A stretch of 38,395 nt of DNA from a virus, in the IMG/VR virus record IMGVR_UViG_3300020577_002834; one strand, 5' to 3'. The notes beneath the pieces are model-generated. The model was given only the letters and a program-made list of their open reading frames with translations. It was not told the origin of the DNA and searched no databases. Positions 1-6,004 of this stretch are shown here, piece after piece. Position numbers and translations under genes: made by a program. Every line of letters begins with the position of its first letter. Position 1 is the stretch's first letter.

Positions 1-77
1 CGACGCTACAGGCTAATGGTGGTGGTGGTGGTGCGAAGACGGGACTGATCGTAACAGGCCAACCCGTCTACAAGGAC
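1..77. repeat. Terminal direct repeat, identical to 38319-38395. It marks the overlap of a circular or terminally redundant 38,318-bp genome.
   Basis: The same 77-nt string (cgacgctacaggctaatggtggtggtggtggtgcg...ctacaaggac) is read at both ends of the window. Confidence 0.9.
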
Positions 78-89
78 GGCAAGAGAGAG

Positions 90-365
90 ATGGACTATAA
101 GGTTTCAGAAGAAGCTCCCTGCATCCGTGCGACCCAATACAAGTCCGGCGACAACCAGCCCAAGCTCCTTGAGGACGCCCGTATCCGCCGACTTACGCCC
201 ACGGAATGTGAAAGGCTGATGAGCTGGCCAGACGACTGGACGAAGTTCGGCGACTACGGCGATGGCCCCAAAGAAATCTCCGACACCCAACGCTACAAGA
301 TGTGTGGAAACGGTGTGGTGAGTGCGGTGGTCTGCGAAGTCGTGAAAGAGCATTTAATCAACTAG
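90..365 (+). CDS. DNA (cytosine-5)-methyltransferase, C-terminal part (target-recognition region plus motifs IX/X). The frame is open from base 3 and continues across the junction from ~38240.
   Basis: RRLTPTECERLMSWPDDW and QRYKMCGNGVV match C5-MTase motifs IX and X. The in-frame upstream stretch TTLQANGGGGGAKTGLIV resembles the M.HhaI segment TLSAYGGGIFAKTGGYLV (recalled from memory). Confidence 0.85.
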   Translation: MDYKVSEEAPCIRATQYKSGDNQPKLLEDARIRRLTPTECERLMSWPDDWTKFGDYGDGPKEISDTQRYKMCGNGVVSAVVCEVVKEHLIN

Positions 366-403
366 GTATGTATCGGCGATCAGCTAAATAACTTTGTGGA
401 GGT

Positions 404-853
404 ATGAAAAGGATTCCGCTAAGGAATAGACAGGGTGCTGTTCGTGCCTACGCCATCGTCGATGACGAAGACTACGGGTATCTGAATCAGTGGAAATGGA
501 GTGCCTGTAAAGGCAGGAATACTTTTTATGTTAAGCGTACAGGAAAAAACAAAGAAACAATCTCAATGCACATCCTTGTGATGCAAACACCGAGGGGGCT
601 CTACACAGATCATATAAACCATAATGGTCTTGATAATCGAAGGAGCAATCTAAGGATCGTAACGAACAGGGAAAATCAGATGAACAGGCGTGGGTTAAAA
701 AGCAGCAATAAATCTGGTGTTCATGGTGTGTGCAGCCACTTGGGAGGGTGGAGGGCACAATCAAAGGTGAACGGAAAGGATATATGGCTTGGTTGGTTCA
801 AAACCAAGATTGAGGCAGCAAGGGCCTACGACAATTTTATGAAATCCCTATGA
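404..853 (+). CDS. HNH homing-type endonuclease with an AP2-like DNA-binding domain
   Basis: HNH motif HINHNGLDNRRSNLRIVTNRENQMN, followed by the AP2-type segment GVHGV..GGWRAQSKVNGKDIWLGWFKTKIEAARAYD. A ggagg sequence lies just upstream of the ATG. Confidence 0.8.
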   Translation: MKRIPLRNRQGAVRAYAIVDDEDYGYLNQWKWSACKGRNTFYVKRTGKNKETISMHILVMQTPRGLYTDHINHNGLDNRRSNLRIVTNRENQMNRRGLKSSNKSGVHGVCSHLGGWRAQSKVNGKDIWLGWFKTKIEAARAYDNFMKSL

Positions 854-947
854 CCCACCCCTCTACCTGCCAGTGCGGAGGAAGCGGGAAGATCGGAGTA
901 CACGCCGCCCAACTAAACAAGAAAGGAAGCGTTTAATTGTGAAGAGT

Positions 948-1070
948 ATGAAAGAAAGTTGCGAAAACTGCTTCGTCGGTAATCACAAAGACTGTCAGGG
1001 CGAGTGCGAAAATACGAATCGCATAGGCGAGTTCATTTGCTGCTGCGGCCTTCTCACCAAGACATCCTAA
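948..1070 (+). CDS. Small Cys-rich protein (40 aa); alternative GTG start at 873 in the same frame
   Basis: Product is MKESCENCFVGNHKDCQGECENTNRIGEFICCCG... The ATG at 948 is preceded by gaagag. The 873 start has no SD. Confidence 0.45.
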   Translation: MKESCENCFVGNHKDCQGECENTNRIGEFICCCGLLTKTS

Positions 1071-1075
1071 CCCAT

Positions 1076-1366
1076 ATGACCAATACTCTCGAGGAGGCGC
1101 GGGAAATCGTTGGAGGTAACTACAACGAAGAATGTCCGTGCGGTACTGATACTTGCCATGAATGGGCCAGCAATGAAAACAGGCGAAGCTTACAGCTTCG
1201 AGAAGCCATCGCCGCCGCCCTCTCCGCCCGCGACCAGAAACATCAAAGAGAGGTGGATGAGCTACGAGATGCGCTGAAAAACACGCTCGGCGGTCAGGAA
1301 GATTACATCGAAGCCTTCGACTCCACCCGCCGCAAACAGCTTGCGGAAGAAGAAGGGGGGAGGTAG
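1076..1366 (+). CDS. Hypothetical early protein (96 aa)
   Basis: Track ORF 1004..1366 trimmed to the first ATG after the upstream stop (taacccatATG). No recognisable domain. Confidence 0.55.
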   Translation: MTNTLEEAREIVGGNYNEECPCGTDTCHEWASNENRRSLQLREAIAAALSARDQKHQREVDELRDALKNTLGGQEDYIEAFDSTRRKQLAEEEGGR

Positions 1367-1368
1367 AT

Positions 1369-1860
1369 ATGAATAGCGGCCACAAAATCAAGTACCGCGT
1401 TAAACCGCAGGACAGATTTTACACCCCACCTGATCTCGCCGCCTCGCTCGTCCCACTGGTTCCCATTGAAGGGGTGCTGTGTGATCCGTTCAGGGGCAAA
1501 GGAGCGTTCTTCAACGCCTTCCCCGAAGGCCACGCGAAGGCGTGGGCGGAGTTAGACGACGGCAAAGACTTCTTCGACCTACCAGTGAACGGCTACGACT
1601 GGCTCATCAGCAACCCTCCCTATTCCAATCTTGACGACGTGCTGGAAGCGTCGTGTCACATCGCTCGCAAAGGCTTCGCCTACCTCCTACTCGGCCATGC
1701 GCTCACACCTCGAAGGTTAGAGCGTATCGGCCAGCTCGGCTTCGGCCTCACGTCAATCCACTTGTGTAAGGTCTTCAAGTGGTACGGCATCAGTGCGTTC
1801 TGCGTGTTCGAGAAAGGTAAGAAGCATATCATTAGTTTCGATAGGAAGGTATGGAGATAA
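1369..1860 (+). CDS. Small DNA N6-adenine (or N4-cytosine) methyltransferase, NPPY type
   Basis: FYTPPDL, CDPFRGKGAF (SAM-binding loop) and catalytic DWLISNPPYSNL. SD gggggagg. Same architecture as ORF 36955..37512. Confidence 0.8.
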   Translation: MNSGHKIKYRVKPQDRFYTPPDLAASLVPLVPIEGVLCDPFRGKGAFFNAFPEGHAKAWAELDDGKDFFDLPVNGYDWLISNPPYSNLDDVLEASCHIARKGFAYLLLGHALTPRRLERIGQLGFGLTSIHLCKVFKWYGISAFCVFEKGKKHIISFDRKVWR

Positions 1861-1878
1861 ATCCCACCCCTCTCCCCA

Positions 1879-2097
1879 ATGAGGGCGGAGAATCTAAAGA
1901 AGAATGATATGAAAAAGAAGATTACTCGACGAGACGAATACATCGGATATCGCACCTCATGGAAGTGGTTTGACCGTAAAATTTCGGAACTTGTACCAGT
2001 GACCACGAATTTACTCGATATAAAAGAACGCATCCAATTTCTCATCCAACTCGAAATCTTGAAGGAACTTCAATATCTAAACGACCGTCGATCCTAA
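1879..2097 (+). CDS. Hypothetical protein (72 aa; alternative ATG at 1909)
   Basis: Open frame fitting tightly between neighbouring genes. No recognisable domain. Confidence 0.45.
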   Translation: MRAENLKKNDMKKKITRRDEYIGYRTSWKWFDRKISELVPVTTNLLDIKERIQFLIQLEILKELQYLNDRRS

Positions 2098-2107
2098 CCA
2101 CCCACCC

Positions 2108-2458
2108 ATGACCCATGACAGCGTGAGCGAGGAGCATCAAAAGGTCGCTGAAGAAATTGTATCCATCGTCGGTACGAAGATTGCGGCAATCTACGGCACA
2201 TATTACGGAAGCGTCGAGATGGTAGACGCATTTGCAAGGTCTCTCGCCTCCCGTGAGCAAGCCGCTGCCGAGAACGCGGCGAGGGTGATAATGACAGAAT
2301 TGGAAGCGCAACCAAAGGCCACCATCGTTCAAGCGTATTACCAAGATAAGTGCGGCCAGCATCACGGTCATCTGGTAAACAACGCATACAACATGGCCGC
2401 AAAGGACTTGATTGAAGCCGCCCGCACCGCCGCCGCTCCGTTCCTAAAGGGGAAGTAA
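2108..2458 (+). CDS. Hypothetical early protein (116 aa)
   Basis: ORF-track frame; the ATG directly follows the C-rich junction taaccacccacccATG. Confidence 0.55.
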   Translation: MTHDSVSEEHQKVAEEIVSIVGTKIAAIYGTYYGSVEMVDAFARSLASREQAAAENAARVIMTELEAQPKATIVQAYYQDKCGQHHGHLVNNAYNMAAKDLIEAARTAAAPFLKGK

Positions 2459-2468
2459 GAAAGAAGGT

Positions 2469-3299
2469 ATGATTTACCTAAAGTGTAAAAAGTGCGGGAA
2501 AAATATATGTGTCTTTGATAAACGTAAAGCTCAATCTTTCACTTGCTTGAGAGACGAAGGTTGCCATGGTAACTGCCAACCCCAGAAAGAGAACATGACC
2601 GATGTTGGACCGACAATGACCTGCTTCAAGTGTGGCTTCCAAGGTGAAAAAAAGAATCACGTCTGCCAACCCCAGCAAAGCGTGTGTGAGATTTGTGATG
2701 GCCGGAAATTCGTGTTGGAAGAGTGGTCCGGATGGCAGGGAACCGTGCCGCGAAAGAGAACGTGGTCTACGATTCTTGAAAAGAAGCTTTGCCCCTCCTG
2801 CCAACCCCAGCAAGAGAACCTTGGTCGTGCCTTCAGAGGAACCATCAAGGGAACGTCAGATATACCAGAGGCCACCTCAGAACTCTGCAACACCAAGGAC
2901 TGCAAGTGCCACGCCCAACCCCAGCAAGAGCAGAAAGACGATATAGACAAGTTGGTTGAGAAATTAGAGTCGGGTTTTCCCCAGCAAGAGAGGAGTGTCG
3001 AGATGACGGAAGATATCTTAAAGCAAGTAGCCATCGAGGCTAATCTCGATCAGTTCTCTCTGGTGCTATTCCACGACTGTGTGACTGCAAGCAATAGCAA
3101 AGACGGTATCGAAAATGTGAGAAACAAGATCGGTCGTCTTGTTGATAATATCCGCGCCGATGAGCGGAAGAAGGTGGTTGAGGAGGCGATTAAAACCGTT
3201 AATGAATGCCAAGTTTACGACGTAGTTAGCTCTGGCTCAGAACTGTTGATTAAGCACCATATCGTAAGCCGCCTTAGTAACCTCTCTAAAGACCTATGA
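2469..3299 (+). CDS. Modular Cys-rich protein (276 aa) with repeated (C/A)QPQQE linkers
   Basis: Cys-containing modules, three of them with clear CxxC pairs (CKKCG, CFKCG, CEIC..CPSC; the fourth is CNTKDCKC). Each ends in NCQPQKEN, VCQPQQS, SCQPQQEN or HAQPQQEQ. RBS gaaagaagg. Confidence 0.7.
   Translation: MIYLKCKKCGKNICVFDKRKAQSFTCLRDEGCHGNCQPQKENMTDVGPTMTCFKCGFQGEKKNHVCQPQQSVCEICDGRKFVLEEWSGWQGTVPRKRTWSTILEKKLCPSCQPQQENLGRAFRGTIKGTSDIPEATSELCNTKDCKCHAQPQQEQKDDIDKLVEKLESGFPQQERSVEMTEDILKQVAIEANLDQFSLVLFHDCVTASNSKDGIENVRNKIGRLVDNIRADERKKVVEEAIKTVNECQVYDVVSSGSELLIKHHIVSRLSNLSKDL
2573..2990. repeat. Five dispersed copies of a 12-19-nt motif, consensus CTGCCAACCCCAGCAAGAG, inside CDS 2469..3299
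   Basis: Copies at 2573-2594, 2663-2680, 2798-2819, 2912-2930 and a partial copy at 2979-2990. All share CCCCAG[AC]AA; the flanking sequence is unrelated. Confidence 0.85.
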
Positions 3300-3676
3300 A
3301 CCAAGAGCAGTGTGCTTGTTGGCCTAAGAACCCCAATGACATCGCCTGTAAGCACTATATCGCGGCTATTGCTTATCCTATGAACCAAGACAATCAGGTG
3401 GGGTGGGAAAAAGATTTCTTTGAGCGGTGGGGCCGAAGTGGTCTCTGGGCTCGTGAGACTGGTAAGGCCTACAATACAGGCGATGGTATCTCCAACGTTT
3501 ACACAACGGACGTGCTAAGGGACGTTCATTACTTCATTGCGGCCGTCGCCCAAGACTCCTACGCAGAGGGGATTAGGAGGGCGATGAGGGTGGCTAATAG
3601 CCACGTTTGCGGGAAGGACGGTCATAATTGTGCGTATGAAATATTCGCTCAACTCGAAAAAGAAGTGAAGAAATAA
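3296..3676 (+). CDS. Hypothetical early protein (126 aa)
   Basis: The start overlaps the upstream stop (ATGA). No recognisable domain. Confidence 0.6.
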   Translation: MNQEQCACWPKNPNDIACKHYIAAIAYPMNQDNQVGWEKDFFERWGRSGLWARETGKAYNTGDGISNVYTTDVLRDVHYFIAAVAQDSYAEGIRRAMRVANSHVCGKDGHNCAYEIFAQLEKEVKK

Positions 3677-3678
3677 CT

Positions 3679-3924
3679 ATGAGTGGAATTTATAGAGCTA
3701 CTGCTGGGGAGTTGGGCGACAGTATTTTTTCAACAATACTTTCGCTCACAGTAATTCTCGCCTTTGCAGCTATTCTATGTCTGTTGTTAATCGAGACATT
3801 CGGCCCAGAACCACAACAGATTAAAGACAAAAGAGAACTCCCAGCCAAAGAATACTGTCTCAAATATCACAGTCAGGACTCACTACGGTTTGTACCAGCA
3901 GATTGCGTTAAATACTTCCTGTGA
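3679..3924 (+). CDS. Small membrane protein (81 aa, one TM segment)
   Basis: Hydrophobic stretch IFSTILSLTVILAFAAILCLLLI. The ATG lies 2 nt after the upstream stop. Confidence 0.6.
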   Translation: MSGIYRATAGELGDSIFSTILSLTVILAFAAILCLLLIETFGPEPQQIKDKRELPAKEYCLKYHSQDSLRFVPADCVKYFL

Positions 3925-4015
3925 TCTCCCTCTCTTACTCAGCCTTCCTCTTTATCTCAGCAGTCCTTGTGATCGTTGGAATAGGGGTGGGGATTTATAT
4001 AGCGACGAGGTAGGT

Positions 4016-4144
4016 ATGAAAGAAGCTCCCGGTCTAAAGATCGCCCAGCACTGTGAGGATTGCCAGAAGAAAACAAGCCATTTCGTGAGGCTTGGGATTT
4101 ATACCTGTACGGTCTGCTCGAAGGTAACCGACAAGCGGATTTAA
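4016..4144 (+). CDS. Zinc-ribbon mini-protein (42 aa)
   Basis: CEDC...CTVC pairs and SD gaggtagg before ATG 4016. The track ORF 3890 uses an unlikely TTG start. Confidence 0.55.
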   Translation: MKEAPGLKIAQHCEDCQKKTSHFVRLGIYTCTVCSKVTDKRI

Positions 4145-4187
4145 GCCCACATTCGCCTCTTGTTCGCCGTGTGTATCCCCAGAAAGG

Positions 4188-4216
4188 TTGACAAAAATGG
4201 CTAGGGTTGGTATAAA
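4188..4216 (+). promoter_or_regulatory. Sigma70-type promoter, TTGACA-17 nt-TATAAA
   Basis: -35 at 4188-4193 and -10 at 4211-4216. ATG 4226 lies 9 nt after the -10, which implies a leaderless or near-leaderless mRNA. Confidence 0.6.
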
Positions 4217-4225
4217 ATAGACACT

Positions 4226-5731
4226 ATGAAAAAAGTCTTGGTGGCGGCAATTTTCGCCCTGATCCTCCCGTTCGGTGTTAAAGCGTCAGGAACCCTCGTT
4301 AAGAGTCCGTCTTACTCAGCGGTTTATTACTTGGGTGACGACGGCAAGCGGTATGTTTTCCCTAACGAGAACGTCTATTCATCTTGGTACGGGGACTTTT
4401 CGGGAGTAACGACAATTACTGACTCTGAGCTTTACGCCTCTCCGATCGGAGGCAACGTGACGTATAAGCCGGGGTCTAAAATGGTGAAGATCACGACAGA
4501 CCCGAAGGTGTACGCCGTTGATAAGAACGGTACTCTCCGTTGGATTGTCGGTGAGGACGTCGCTACCCAACTCTACGGTTCTGACTGGGCTACCAAGGTC
4601 AGCGATATTCCCGACGCCTTCTTTGTAAACTATCGTGTAGGTTCTCCAATCTCTCAGGTGTCTGACTTTTCACCGAGTGCGAGGATGACTGAGGTAGCAA
4701 GCATCTCTCAGGATAAGGCTCTGGGAGGGCTTGGGGCGATTTCGGACGTACCAACACAGACACAGCCCGTTTTGACGCCTGTAGAAGCCCAAAATGAGGC
4801 TCCTGCGGTAGTTTCTGGGCCTAAAATTGTGAGTTTTACGAGTGATAAGACCACGGTGAAGCCGGGGGAGAGTTTTACGTTGGCTTGGCAGGCACAGGAC
4901 GCGACGGCCTGCATTATTACGACAAATCCGAACTCCGTTCAAATTCCTTTTATTGGGAACTTGCCTACCGGGGATGTAGCATACTCAGCTACAGGTGTTT
5001 ATACGCTTATCTGTGCCGATCACAACTGGAAGACAGTCCAGCAGTCGGTCACGATTAGATCTTTTGTAGACACAACAACGCTTGTGTTTACTCAGGCACC
5101 GACAGTGACACTAACGAGAACGCGCACTGGTGGTTACGTTCCCACCTTGCAATATCAAACAAACAAGCCATCGAAAATTGCCACAGACAATGACGGGTGT
5201 GGAACGGGGAGTGCTGTTAGAACAACATATACCTGTGACTTTAAGGTGGTTGATGAATGGGGGAACCGCGCCGTACAAGCAATCACGTACACAACTGGCC
5301 CCGGTGGAATTGAGGCACGTACATACTCCCTGAGCAACAGACTCAATACCGGATCGACTAGTAAGTTCGGGGTGATGATGACCAACAATGACTCACGAGA
5401 GGTCAATTGGAGTTCAGTTGCAATTCAGGTGATTGGTAATAATATTGAAAGTCTACCTGGAGCCAAGGTGCAGATATGGGATGGAGCCTCAGTTTTCTTT
5501 GAAAACGATCTTCAGATTAATGCCTCTTCTGGTGTAGTAACTCTGACTGGCCCAATGGGCTATAGAGTGCTGCCTGTCGGTCAGCGGGTGGATTATACAG
5601 TCAGTATTTCCGGCATCAAGACAACGAATACTGGAAGCACCCTATCTGTTTTAATCAAAGATTTCGTATTCTCCGATGGTGTAACACTGGATCAGAACCA
5701 AATAGACACCAACACGATTAGTTCAGATTAA
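4226..5731 (+). CDS. Secreted or surface protein with an N-terminal signal peptide (501 aa)
   Basis: Signal peptide MKKVLVAAIFALILPFGVKA|SG. The rest is Thr/Ser/Val-rich, beta-type sequence. The gene has its own promoter and a downstream hairpin. Confidence 0.75.
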   Translation: MKKVLVAAIFALILPFGVKASGTLVKSPSYSAVYYLGDDGKRYVFPNENVYSSWYGDFSGVTTITDSELYASPIGGNVTYKPGSKMVKITTDPKVYAVDKNGTLRWIVGEDVATQLYGSDWATKVSDIPDAFFVNYRVGSPISQVSDFSPSARMTEVASISQDKALGGLGAISDVPTQTQPVLTPVEAQNEAPAVVSGPKIVSFTSDKTTVKPGESFTLAWQAQDATACIITTNPNSVQIPFIGNLPTGDVAYSATGVYTLICADHNWKTVQQSVTIRSFVDTTTLVFTQAPTVTLTRTRTGGYVPTLQYQTNKPSKIATDNDGCGTGSAVRTTYTCDFKVVDEWGNRAVQAITYTTGPGGIEARTYSLSNRLNTGSTSKFGVMMTNNDSREVNWSSVAIQVIGNNIESLPGAKVQIWDGASVFFENDLQINASSGVVTLTGPMGYRVLPVGQRVDYTVSISGIKTTNTGSTLSVLIKDFVFSDGVTLDQNQIDTNTISSD

Positions 5732-5756
5732 AACCCCTACATTTTCAGTAGGGGTT
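5732..5756. terminator. Hairpin at the convergence point of the two modules
   Basis: aacccctac-attttca-gtaggggtt forms a perfect 9-bp stem. On the minus strand it is followed by tttt. Confidence 0.55.
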
Positions 5757-5865
5757 GAGAACGGTGGCATCTCGAACACATGATCTGATCTCGGGACTTG
5801 AGGTGATCGGTAACAATGTTACAGACGGGGCAGTACTTCTTAATTAGGTCGAAAGTCTTGCTCAT
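5737..5865 (-). CDS. Zinc-ribbon mini-protein (42 aa), last gene of the late module; absent from the ORF track
   Basis: Hand translation gives MSKTFDLIKKYCPVCNIVTDHLKSRDQIMCSRCHRSQPLLKM. SD aaggagg lies 5 nt upstream of the ATG. Confidence 0.6.
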   Translation of the reverse strand: MSKTFDLIKKYCPVCNIVTDHLKSRDQIMCSRCHRSQPLLKM

Positions 5866-6004
5866 CTGAGCCTCCTTGACTGGTTGGGGTGGGTGTGGTA
5901 AGAAAGGGCGTTAAAAACGATCTATATGGTAATTTTCCTCTTGCTCATCATTGGAAGCATGACTCTCACTCACATGGGTAACCTTAAGTATCTCGACAAG
6001 AGGA

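Noticed and set aside
1076-3676. Possible paralogy among four consecutive early ORFs, which share a short E-x-A-[IA]-[KRA]-x-[VAMI] motif (REAIAAA, ENAARVI, EEAIKTV, EGIRRAM) followed by Cys/His residues.
   Set aside because: The motif is too short and degenerate to call by eye. A profile comparison would be needed.
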